This document shows, piece by piece, positions 13,663 through 26,600 of a stretch of 64,000 nucleotides of DNA. The stretch comes from Owenia fusiformis (lineage: Eukaryota). Position numbers and translations under genes: made by a program. The notes under the pieces were generated by a model. That model saw only the letters and a list, made by a program, of their open reading frames with translations. It did not search any database and was not told where the DNA came from. Numbering within the stretch: the stretch's first letter is position 1; each line of letters begins with the position of its first letter. The stretch spans positions 10,292,001 to 10,356,000 of the forward strand of contig CAIIXF020000001.1 in NCBI GenBank assembly GCA_903813345.2, in the 5' to 3' direction.

Positions 13663-14796
13663 CTATTCTTGCAGTGCTTGAAGCAATAGACTGATCATAG
13701 ATTCATAGTATTCCATATTAAAGTGAATTCCATCCTGGTTCCAACCAGGTACCCTTTCACTGATTTTCATCACACCATAAAAAGGCCAAAATCTTGGATA
13801 TTGTTCTGAGAAGTATGGTATCAACTGTTTTTTAGCCTCGTTATACAACTCAACATTTTTAAACTGTCGATTTTTTACATCAGGATTGCTTTGCTTGGAT
13901 TCTTCCACAAATGTCGGTTCAAGCCATATAACTCGAGTCTCAGGATGATTTTTTATGCTGTTATTAACAACATCCAAAAACCAGGTAAATGTACGTTTAA
14001 AATTTGCAGCATCCCTCATACGTGTTTCGTGATGATTTGCGATTAGTAATATCAACTGAGGGTAAGCCTCATGCGACTTAAGTTGGAGATATTCATTAAA
14101 GATGAACTCTTGTGATGTTGGGGATTGTTCGCATGGCGCATATTGATTTGTTTTTCGGCACTTGTTTTTTGTTTTGCCATGTGGAAATCGCAATGTTGTT
14201 ATCTCAGTATCCATGAAGTATTCCATACTTACATACTCTATTGTTACATGCGAGCCACTATGACGGACATTGGATTTGCCAATCGAATCATTACTGCAAT
14301 TGTAAAGAAATGAGTCACAGCCATAGCACTCACGTGTATGAAAATACATATCTTCCTGAGGAATATTAGAAAAATATCTCATATCTGGTTCTTTATATCC
14401 TGCATTTTCCTTTTTCTCTAAACGGCATTTATATGTTGTTTTAAATGCATTAACAAATGCACGTGCATACCTTGTTGCAGTTGAATCTCCAACGAGAAGT
14501 ATGTTGCTAAGATTGTTGTTGAACAACATGTTGGGCATATCCACAAGTGTTGCAACGCAATCCTTCGCAATCCAGGACTGTTTGCTCCATACCCCTCTGG
14601 CATAGAATTCTCCATTCTCCAAAAAATAATTTTTCAAAAATTCAAGACTGCATTTTGGCTTCTTTCCTGTATGTTTTATCTTCGGCTGCTGAATAGTGTG
14701 GGGAGAGTCTGATTTTATCCAACTTACTCCAAGAATACCAATCCAAATACATATTCCTAGAGAAATCGTCAATACAAACTTGAATGGAGAATTCAT
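13663..14796 (-). CDS. SGNH-hydrolase/PC-esterase family type II membrane protein (putative glycan O-acetyltransferase/esterase), 377 aa, single coding exon
   Basis: Long intact ORF with an N-terminal TM (FVLTISLGICIWIGILGVSWI), G.W...W...C preceding LLVGDS (catalytic Ser block) and C-terminal DGIH (DxxH). This is the GDS/DxxH signature of the PC-esterase/NXPE/CAS1/TBL group. Confidence 0.85.
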   Translation of the reverse strand: MNSPFKFVLTISLGICIWIGILGVSWIKSDSPHTIQQPKIKHTGKKPKCSLEFLKNYFLENGEFYARGVWSKQSWIAKDCVATLVDMPNMLFNNNLSNILLVGDSTATRYARAFVNAFKTTYKCRLEKKENAGYKEPDMRYFSNIPQEDMYFHTRECYGCDSFLYNCSNDSIGKSNVRHSGSHVTIEYVSMEYFMDTEITTLRFPHGKTKNKCRKTNQYAPCEQSPTSQEFIFNEYLQLKSHEAYPQLILLIANHHETRMRDAANFKRTFTWFLDVVNNSIKNHPETRVIWLEPTFVEESKQSNPDVKNRQFKNVELYNEAKKQLIPYFSEQYPRFWPFYGVMKISERVPGWNQDGIHFNMEYYESMISLLLQALQE

Positions 14797-16794
14797 ATTT
14801 AGACGAAGGGAATATAGATAAAAATCTCACTGAGTTGATGGTATCACCCTCTATAATATTATCTCATCCAGACAGAGTATTGCAGAATCAATTAAAAAAG
14901 ATGAGCTTTCCAGGATATTTAGTTCCAATATTTTAGATTGATGTTTTATTGCCACAGAAACTTGTATCAGCACTCGGCAGGTATCTTCCTAGCAAGTCTA
15001 AACCAAGGCTTAAGATGTCACTAACATGTGCTATAGTTTTAGGGAAAGTCATACTACTTTATCGGCAACATACAGTATGGCATTTAATTGATCCATTCAA
15101 TTTCATAAGTAATTTATTAGATGGTCTATGAAATATTAAACTGACTTTGGAATGCAGGACAATGGGAATAGGAACTCATCAATTCATTATTCCGTGTCTC
15201 CAATAATTGAACTATGGTATACAACTCAACATTTAACTCCAGGGTTGGAATATAACATTTGAGGTGGGTGCCCTTGCTAACACCTTCAAATAAATTATTT
15301 TTCCAGTTAAAGACATTCAATGCAAGAACAAGTGTTACTTTGGAATGGCTCATCGATAAGATATTTCCCTGAGGATGAGTCATTCCGTGGTAACATATGG
15401 TTTGTCTTCAATTGAGAAATAGTTTTTTTAAGATAATACCAATGACACTGATCTGCTCAGTTCATGTACAACAACAATACTATAACAATATGTCACAACT
15501 TGTGGATATGTCACCACTTGTGGTAGTGATATAATAATGAAAAATTATGTTGTAAGACACCACTCCTAATGACCAGACTAAATTGTAATTTAACAGAACG
15601 TCTCCAAGATTCAGTTTCAAATATTTCTGAAAGTTTATTAACTTATACATGATATTTCTTTGATATTCATAGCTTTCCATCACACAATGATAACTGCCAT
15701 GGTTTATAACATCTTACAGTTCAACAGATGATGAGCACAATACTTTAGGTGTTTTGTCCAAAATATAGTTCAGTACACCAATCAAATATTTTTTTGTGAC
15801 AGTCAAAGCAATACTGTGCTATATAAAGGGATTTAACCATAAGAGACTTTCCTTTCAAAGTGAAATAATGCATCATCAATGGTAACATTTATTTTGTAAA
15901 GGCTTTATTCCTACTAACACTCAATTCATTGAATATACATGTATAAATAAAATCCACTGTGTGACAAAAAATGTTACCAGAGTCTCTATAAATCATTTTC
16001 ACTCTTGGCTTAACATAGTGAATTATAATTCAACAATAATAGCAAACATTTTATGAGGGTAAATTGAAAGTATATAGAATACCTGGATACATCCACTGCA
16101 TACATCCACTGCATACGCCTAATGCATATAAATTCCCAATTTTATTTAAAATACAATTATATCCATGATAACATGTTCAGGGAGAGAACCCCCAGTGTTT
16201 TCATATATTAAGATAATATGAAATTAACTTTTGCCTTTGTATAATTTTTTCAAGATGATATTTGGAGCTAAAGAAAGAATTTGGCTAAAGATATGAATTG
16301 GTGGAAATTGAATTGTAAAATATGATACAACTAGATCCAAGTTTAGAAAACAATCTCAGAAGCAAAATTGTAAAGCGAAACATTGAATCAGTACCATTTC
16401 GATAATTTGATTACTGCAATTTTTTTGCTTTTCTGATTTTAAATCATCTCAATTAAAATAACTTAATACATCTTTACATGAGGATATATTACAGTATATA
16501 TTTTGTACATTTTTTACAAGCCTACATTTATATTCAATATAAAAATACACTACCCACATATAATATTTACAAATACATAGTAGTGTTATAAAAAAGATAA
16601 TGTGATGTCTTACATTCATTTCTGTACATGTAAGTACAATAAACACATGTCATAGAAATTCTAATATTAACGAATTCACATATACAACAATCTTTAGTGA
16701 TATTTAATCATATACTGTACATGTATTTACAAAATACAATGTGTACCAAAATTATTACATGATTCAATGTGTGGATTTCATTGCACAAAACACA

Positions 16795-17083
16795 CAGTGA
16801 TAAATATCGCACTTTGAACATCAAAATGGCCATGATGTAATTTACCCAGCACGGCCAAAACCTAACACCCAATCAGATCAGTAATTTGTACTTTTATCTG
16901 TAAAAATTTCATGTTGAACAGATCGGCGGTTCTCGAATTTTGATATGATTTGTGTGGAGCTCGATTGATTGATTGGGCAGTTCATACGTGGCAGTTTCGG
17001 GATTGAGACCGGAGCTGTTACAGATGCATGCACTCCAATCAAGACAAAATAAAGTACTTTTTCAAAGTGCGATAAAATCACTG
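16795..17083. mobile_element. MITE with ~24-bp TIRs downstream of the ADAM17 stop
   Basis: cagtgataaatatcgcactttgaa ... ttcaaagtgcgataaaatcactg; interior is CpG-rich relative to the flanks. Confidence 0.6.
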
Positions 17084-17680
17084 AATATAAGCACACATTT
17101 TCATGATCATGAGATACAGATATGGCTATTTATACTTTGTCCTACTTAATAATGTCTCATTAAGAATCCATCAAATTCTTAGTGATATAAAGTTCATATA
17201 TCAAATGCAGAACTGACCTTCTTTAATGTAAATTGTCAACACATTAATCAGAGATAAGAGAGAGAGCTTATTATTTCTGAAATCCCAGTCTACAGCTTTA
17301 AAATACTGTATTTTGAGTTGTGTACCATTCCACACATTAAGTTTCTTAGATTTTGTGGATCTTTGCAGGATTTGTTGTTGATCAAATGTTCTACTTTATA
17401 AATTATCACAGATATTTCAACTGTATATACAACAATGTTTGATAGCCATGTTACTCTGGCGTACCTACCCACATAACCCAGTAGGCCTTATAAGGGATGA
17501 AATCACCATCATGGTACTTTCAGTTATCTACATTTTATTCTTGTATAATAAATAATATGTAGTCACGAATTATAGCTTATTGATGAAGTGTACTGAATTA
17601 GGCTAATACTAGTAATTAATGGACAAATACCACATGTATAGTACATATGTATAGTGATTTTCCAATCTAAATGCAGAGAT

Positions 17681-20600
17681 TCAGACAACAGTAGCAGGAT
17701 GGGGAACACCACCCCCTACTGTGGGTCCTGGCTCCATTCGTCGCACAACACTTCCTGCCATTGGACGCCTGGTCACACCCTCAATCCTGCGTACTCGATG
17801 ACGGTCTTTCTCCATGACACGACTGACATTCTGAAAATTCAACACACTTAACTGTATATCTTCTTTCATAGCTAATTATGTGCCACAAATATTTTAATCA
17901 GGTGATTTTTCAGTACCAGACTTGTGACAAATTGTCACCACTTCAAATCATTGGATCAAATCAAAAAGATAAATTTGTGAAGGAATCCTGCACAATTATT
18001 AATCTGTTCAAATAAAACAGCAAACAGAAAAAATAGAAAAAAGAAAATGTCAACACTTGACATTTGTTACAGATGCCAAACACCAACCACCGAAAGTCAA
18101 ACACCAAGCACCAAACTGGATATTACTGGATAAACCAGTAATACCTCTTTGGTACACGCTATATTCTTTATGGATCAACATTTAGAGGAAGGGGAATAGA
18201 AGGGGGCCCATATTCATAATAGTTTTTTATAATAGTTTTACATTAATATTACAAACCTCAGCACTCATCCAGCCAACTACATCTTTCTCTTCCCTTAGTC
18301 GTTTCTTGTCAATGTAACTGACGATACAACTGGCTGGCACCCATAGGATAATAGAGAACACGAGGATTGTACCCACAATGTTAGCACGCATAAATTGGAC
18401 TGAAAAATAAGAAAAATTATTGTACCACTACCTTTACGTCATTTTATGATTGGTCGAACATGTTGTGTATTGTAGCATGACTAACCTACATTACTCTTGT
18501 TCTGACATCAATGTGTATGACTTACATATTGTGTTGAGTTCAATTTGCATGGTTAACCAACTGTAGTGACATTAATGTGCATTGTATTGTAATCAATGTG
18601 CATAATGTACATAATTGTACTGACATCAATGACACTTGCTTAGTCATTGTAATAAACCCAATGTGCATCATAAACCTACTGCATTGACATCAATGTGTTT
18701 AGCTTACCTATTGTATTGACATCAATGTGCTTGATTTCCTATTGTATTGACATCAATGTACTTGACTTTCATATTGTATTGACATCAATGTGCTTAGCTT
18801 ACCTATTGTATTGACACCAATGTGCTTAGCTTACCTATTGTATTGACATCAATGTGCTTGGCTTACCTATTGTATTGACATCAATGTACTAGGCTTACAT
18901 ATTGTATTGACATCAATGTGCTTAGCATACCTATTGTATTGACACCAATGTGCTAAGCTTACCTATTGTATTGACATCAATGTGCTTGGCTTACCTATTG
19001 TATTGACATCAATGTACTTGGCATACATATTGTATTGACATCAATGTACTTGGGTCACATATTGTATTGACATCAATGTGATTGACTTACCTATTGTATT
19101 GACATCAATGTGCTCTATAATACTCCAGAACCTGGTGACCAGATCTTGAACTTGTTCTTTACAAATACCCTATAAAAGGAACAAAAAAATAATTGTGAAA
19201 AATGTATTATGGATTAAAAATGAGGTTTTAAACTTGAATTATTTGAAATACGAGAGCATTGATGATGTACACCATACAGTTTACATATACTGTAGGTATT
19301 TCTAACTGAGTAGCAAATTCCAATGAGCAAATTATTAGTGAAATGTGTGACAATGTAATAATCATTTTGGAAATTCTTCAGCAGATTCCAGTCTCTAAGG
19401 CATCAGTATATACAATTTGAACAAATCTGTCAACTGGTGTATTAATTATCAAAGATTGCAATTTTATGAAAAAATGGTCATTCTAAAATGAGCTGCCATA
19501 CTGAAAATTTCTTCTCAGAGATACAGACGAACAGAGGAATGGACAAGTGGATGAATGGATGGCTTCTCTATATCTCAATGAAAATTAAATGTTAATGTAT
19601 TCATAATGCTAAAACATACCGCTTCACAGTAGCCACGGACACATGGTTTTCCATCAGATAGTAAAATAGCCTTTCCATCTAGTTTGGTGTAAGGCGTACA
19701 TGTTGAGCCTACTTCTTTTTCTTTACAACACCAAAGACAAGCTTCCTCCACTGAAACACATATTATTGTAGTGTAGATGGATAATTGATGAAATGAGAAT
19801 GCTTCAAAGTATTCATATTCATAGTACACTATTTATATTATAAGTCAGTGTTATGATTGTTCAGGACCTCTGGAACAACCCTCATAGAAGTATAGTAGTT
19901 TTTCATATTTTAATAGAAGTTATTCTATGGTAAGAAATATGTGTATTGATTATGATTTAAGTCTGAAAATATACAGAGGAGAGGGTTGAAATTAATTTTT
20001 AATAGATTTTACATTATTCAAAGCCTCAGGGACATTATTGCAATTGTACATTGAAATCAATAAGTCATGGCTAAACAATGTAAATGTATATAAAATGTAT
20101 ATGTTTAATAATGTAGGAGATATATTAGCTACTAGTTGATGCCTTGAGGCATTGCTCCAAGCAATATCAAAAATCAATATCAACAACACGTAAGTAAATA
20201 AATATAGTATTTAGCTCTGCTTTTTGTTATCAATTGTTAACATTTTCAGAATGTATTGTTACTCAACAGATAAAATTGTACTAAGTGTGATGTTTGACTA
20301 TGCTTTATCAAGAACCATGAGAGCAGCATTGGGGATACTCCTCATTTACAATGCCTGCATCACAGAAATTCATGCTCAGACTGTATCTACTGAGAACACT
20401 GCTCAAACTGGACAAGAGGCTCAATCAGTTATTGTAGAACCCAAATCAAAGTGTGATACATCTGCATTCAAACACATTGAAGGTCAGAGCGGGTGTCAGA
20501 GTGAACACAATCAGTTGCAGGACTCTAAAGGGATGAGAAAAGATACACATTTAACCATAAAGGATGCTCAAATGCCACAGAAATCTCAAACTAAAGAACA

Positions 20601-23600
20601 GAATCAGTCCATGAAGAACAATGAATTAAAAACAAGTGTGACTGAGAATTGTGACACTACGGAATATTGTAGAAAGGAAGCTGATACCAAGAAAGCTAAC
20701 ACTAAAACATTTAACACAAATAGTAAAGGAGAATCAGATAAAGCTATTACTCAACAACCTGAGAAAAATACTGAACAGAAATCTGAAAGCGTAACATCAG
20801 TCAATCAAGAAGACAATGACACAGGGGTGATGCCCAAGAAAGAACGATTTGTTGTATACCAATGTCATGGCCATTGTGCAGGGTGGGGAGACAGAACACG
20901 TTCTATCATCATAGCCTACCTCATTGCTCTACTGATGAAACGCTCCTTTATACTGGACATAACTGATCCATGTAGTCTAGATGGTGTACTTGTACCAAAT
21001 AAAGTTAACTGGGCAAGGAGACTACCAAATGGGCTTTCCATTGTTGATGTAGAACACTATGTTAATACATTGCCTTCAAAACCTTTCGCTGACTTAATAA
21101 GCCAAGATAAAGACTTGAATGACATTTTCCCAGAAGATGTTGTTACCATAAAAAGCCCAATAGCAATAGTTGAACAGTTTGCACGAAATCCAAGACATCA
21201 CAAAGTGCTTGCATCATTGGGGTATGATATGTCAAGGTTTACTCAATGTAGAATGTATGCTATATTTTATGATGAAATTTTCAAGTTGAGTCCAAAACTC
21301 CAACATGAGCTTGATATATTTATATCAAAATCCAAAATACAGGAAGGTGGTCAGCTAATATGTGCACAGTTGAGAATGGGAGGCCCATATATAAAAGGAG
21401 ACATGAAATTTAACGACATGGAAGACCTTACAGTTGTGTGGGATTACATTAAACAATGTATAACTCCTGATACAACTGTGTTCATCACATCTGATGCTAA
21501 TGAAGTCAGGCAACAGGCAAAGAAAATATTTTCTAAAAGATGGATTGATCATGAGGGGTTTTCATCTCACATAGGATCTGGGGAAAGGGAGTTAAGATGT
21601 AAAGGACAGAGGAAAACTATTTTAGATTTCCATTCGTTGGCCCTTTGCGATTCGTTGATTGTAAGCACTGGGACTTATGGCCAGTTGGCAGCTTATAGAA
21701 GACAGCAAGGATTCAATGACTTTCACATTTTTAGCAAGAAGAAGATACACTAAACGTCATTTCTGGAACACCAGGCCAGGAAGGTGTTATTCCTAGCACC
21801 TGATTAAATAGCACTACCTCTGCTTTTGCGTTTATTTCAGACAACAGTTCCAGTTGTTACATTGCTTAAAACTTCTTGAAGACAATAAAATTTGGTTTCA
21901 TATTCAAATAAATCTTTTTTCAAAAGTGCAAAAATGTGTATATATGACAAGGATTGATATCACAGGGTGGGAATGTCTAGTTTTGGTAAAGCCTAAATCA
22001 CTTCAAAATCTTGAAAAAGTGCAAGTTAATTTTGCACATTTATTTCAGAATGTGGTCTATATCTAAAAAAGGGTCTTGGCCATATTTACAGTAATTTGGC
22101 ACTATTCATCCACCATATTTAGTATTTCCAACATGCTTGTATGTTTTTCACTCTATTTTGGGGAATATAAACAAGTTTTGTTTCACTATACATTAAAAAG
22201 TATAATTGATATAAATGACTTCAAATTAAAAATTTGGTTTCTGAACTCAAAGATGTCAATTTGGAATTGAACTTAGTGCTAGTTTGAGATTATTTCATGA
22301 TATAAATGCAAAATGAAAATAAAGTACTTACATTTATCACATATACAAGGCACCAATCCTTTGCTCTCACAGAAATTCACGCAAGCCCCATTTATACAAG
22401 TACCATTCTCTACGCACTCTGTACCATTATCTTTGCTTATGGGTGGTGGACAGACAGTGGTTCTCCCATCACAGTAAGCTTTACCCTCACACGTGGCATC
22501 AATTTCTGCCTCTTCTTGACACACCTCAGTAGTTGGGGCAATCTGACAGCCAATGCAGCATACCGTATTGTAAGAACTGTAATAAGAATTCAGACATCAT
22601 TTTATACAAATCTATACATGCATAACGTGCAAATACATCAGGACATCAATGGTTCTCTGCAAACTTCTAGCATCATTTTAATACACATCTTTCCATTTGA
22701 ATTCTGAAAATTAATCATCGGATATTTGGGGAAAAACTTGACATTGCTATAAAAATGCCCAAGAACAAGTGTACTAACCTGCACTTTGCATTTGGTCTGA
22801 GATAACAGTTAGGAGTACAACAAGGGTCCATATCCTTCTTTCCATTAACGCCAGCATCACATTCCTCTCCCTCCTCCACCTTAGAGTTACCACAGAACTT
22901 AGCAGCTTTCTCTGAAACAAGAGGATTTGACTTTTCAATATACTTCCTCATGCTTTTAAATTCATAGTTTTATTTATATTATAGATTCATTGCTAACTGT
23001 AAAAGGATCTGAAAAGAGACTATGTTTAAATTCCTCTCATTGAAATTACGATGACAGCAATAAATAGTGTAACATTTTGGCAGTAAAAAGCATATATGAT
23101 AATGTCCACCTTACAATTCTAATTTTATTTTCTAAAAATACTTTGAAATATCTGAGTTACCGATAATCAAGCTACAATTCATTAAAACAAAAAAAATTAC
23201 GCAGGAAATTCTATAGTTCTATATGTAAAAAGAAGTAATAAGCTTGAACTTCTAAAACTTCCGAAAAAACAAAGCCTAATGTTGACAGAGGGAACACTTT
23301 TCTTATCACAATTATATATACACCTTTCCATTAGCAGTCCAACATAATGGCCAGGTTATAGAACGTCTACTTACGTGTGAAACAGAAATCTGATTTTGCC
23401 TCCAATACACTGGAAACAAACCTCTTACTGCATGGAGAGAAATACTGAAAGAAACAAGACATGATGACACTCAGATAACAGTTTTTACCATGAACAAACT
23501 AATGAGTAAAATGTCATTTGTTTAAAAAATATGGATTTCAATTCACAAGATGTATTGGAGTTTTTATAATCTGTGCATGTTCCAGCAAATTCAAAACTTG

Positions 23601-26600
23601 TGTCTGACAAATATTCATATACGCCAACTCAATATATTCATATTCATACATATGGGTGGTAAAAAATTAAGGAGTGAGTTATCAAATTAAAAGAATGGTT
23701 AATTAAATCATCTTAAATTCAAACTATCTCCCGAAGAGATGGAGTGATTAAATATGTGCCCCTACTACATGATTTGTCAATATTTTGGATTATTATTTAA
23801 AATAAATATATTATTTAAAATAGATATATCATTTAAACGTAGGCAATCATTAACTGAATGATACAGACATATTTGCAATGTTTCCCTACCTTATTATTTG
23901 TGTCATATCCAGAGACTGAGTAGGCATACATGATGTACTTGCCATTATCAAAAGAGCCGGGTGAACAGGCCGCAGTATCAGGGTCATGCTCCGAGCCCCA
24001 GTTATGACCAAACTCTAGAATAGACGTCATCTGGATTAATACTTATATATTGAATGATGCAAATTGTCATGATCAGATTCTATAACAGTCTATTGTAACA
24101 GTCAAGATTGCAGAGTTAAAATATGATTGAAATATATTCTATGTGTACTCTATTGCAAACCCTTCTGTGCTGTTTATAAGCAATGTTCCAAAGGGAATAA
24201 TACAGAAAGTATGGTTAACAAACAGGTTATATATTTTTAATTGAAAGTATTGTTCTCCACAATTGGATTGATGACACAAAAACCAATTTCAATGCTATTG
24301 TCTGCTTAGTAGATACAGTTTAGTATTACAAACCATGAGCTGTAACAAGGTCAGCCTCTTGTGTCAGAATGCGATTGCCATAGCGATTAAGAGCACTACT
24401 CCATCCTGTGTTCAGGTACAGTGTGTACCCACCCTTGAAATATGCTGGAATAGTACATATTTAAGATATAGAAATCCTTCCTCAATGCAAAAATTTGCAA
24501 TGTTACAAAGTACTAATTTGCATGTGCAAATGTACTAAAATTACCAGGGAATTTGGCAGTGACTTAATTTGGCAGACTTAAACAATTTCCAAATTGAAAC
24601 ACCTGCCAAGCACAGTATTTGTCATCTCCTTTTATTTAACTATTTAGTATTTACCCTCTCAACAATTTTATGATATAACCAGCTGATGAGCAAATAAGAG
24701 ATTGACAATTCAATCAATGGCTATATAGAAACATTATTATCATAATAAATATAGTAATATATGATTTATTTAACAATAATTAAAATGTTTAAAGAAATAA
24801 TGAACATAATAAAACATGTTTTATCAAGATAAATATGTATTATTTTTATTAATATTGTTAATGTTATAGTTAGGGTAGAAAGATCGTGGGAAGAGGGGTT
24901 AACTGATGAAAGCGAAGAGGAAAGAGCAAATAACTATTTTTCTAAATAAATCTAAAAATCTAGAAAAATGAATGTAATCACAAAATCACAATTACAATAA
25001 CAAATGTATATAAAGAAATCACAAGTGGTGAATAATTGAACAAATGACTATTTCCTACTATGATTAGAAAGATAAGCTTCTATGAATAAAGCTAAAACAT
25101 ATAAGCTCAATTTTTGACACAGACAACTCGCAATGTGCCTAAATAGCTCACTGGAACTTGCTGGACATCTTTTATTGGAGGCAATGCAGAGTCAGTGTGT
25201 TCTGTTTTACTATTAAAATCTCAAAAATAAAAGATTCACATGTATAACTTCATTAATCTGAATTCTGGGCAAAGTTGCAAATAGCCTCATGGAGGATTGT
25301 AACTAAGTACTCCATCCTATGATGAGATAACCCCATAAGGATGAACTTTGATACACTCATTTGCTTTCCTCGATGCTCCATGGTGCAACCCCTGTCCCTT
25401 TCTATGACTATTACTTCCTGCTGGTATTTGCTTATATAAAGTGTCCCACAATGCAAAAACAAAATTTGAATTAAGTGGCACCCACCCACCCATCAGTACA
25501 AGGTGACGACAATTAGATGAAAAATTAGAATTAGATTCTAATTTAGATAAAAAATTAAAAATCTCAGGGATGATAGATATATGTTTATTTCACCCAGACA
25601 CCCATCCACCGTTTTATGGTAGTACTATGTGCATCCGTCCATCACCATTTTATAAATCTATTGAATGGAAGTTACCAAAATGGAGGTTATAAATGTGTTT
25701 CATATCAATAATGGATGAGCTGATGAACATGGATACAACAACATATGCTGATGAACATGGACACAACAACATATGCTGATGAACATGGACACAACAACAT
25801 ATGCTGATGAACATGGACAAAACAACATATGCTGTTGAACATGGATATAACAGCATATGCTGATGAACATGGATACAACATATGCTGATGAACATGGACA
25901 CGACAATAAATGCTGATGAACATGGATACAACAACATATACTGATGAACATTAATACAACAACATATGCTGATGAACATGGATACAACAACATATGCTGA
26001 TGAACATGGATACAACAACATATGCTGGTGAACATGGATACAACAACATATGCTGATGACCATGGATACAACATTGACAACAGTGAGTTTATAACACCAA
26101 ATATTCTCCTTATCCCTAAATCCTTCATTTAAATAAAATGCTCAAACTAAATACTCGGGGTGGAAGGTGTGACAATTGTGCAAAAAATGACTTTTTGAGC
26201 TGGATGGAATTTCTGTGTATTTTTCATTCTATTAGGGTGTCCTGCATAAGGGATTTCGCCTGCGAAGCATATAACTCTTGCGAACATATCTAAATATTGG
26301 TCCGAAGAAGACATACCTTGAATTTTTTCGAAAAAATTGGCTAAAAATGGAAACTACAAAAAGTTAAAATGTTCAACTCAAACAAAACTATAGCTATTTA
26401 ATATTAACACTATGTATTATTTAATGTTTTTCAGATGTTTAAGGACCTTCATTAGTGTACTAGTGTTTAGAAATAAGATAATTAAGGACAAAATTTGGCA
26501 TTTTTGACCATTTTCGCTTTCAGCAGTAACATATAGTTCCTTATATCTTGAGTTTAATGTTGACTGGTTGTTGTAATTTTGATCAAATCTGTTCTTGTAC

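Noticed and set aside
20224-20250. ORF-track start (TTG) for the glycosyltransferase
   Set aside because: It is a non-ATG start lying in a pyrimidine tract ending in a tttcag acceptor; ATG 20251 or 20317 is more plausible.
22306-22707. 133-aa plus-strand ORF
   Set aside because: It is antisense to ADAM17 exon 15 and has no recognisable motifs.
25650-26128. Cys/His-rich repetitive ORFs of 72-142 aa on the minus strand
   Set aside because: They are translation artefacts of the 28-bp minisatellite, open in all three frames.
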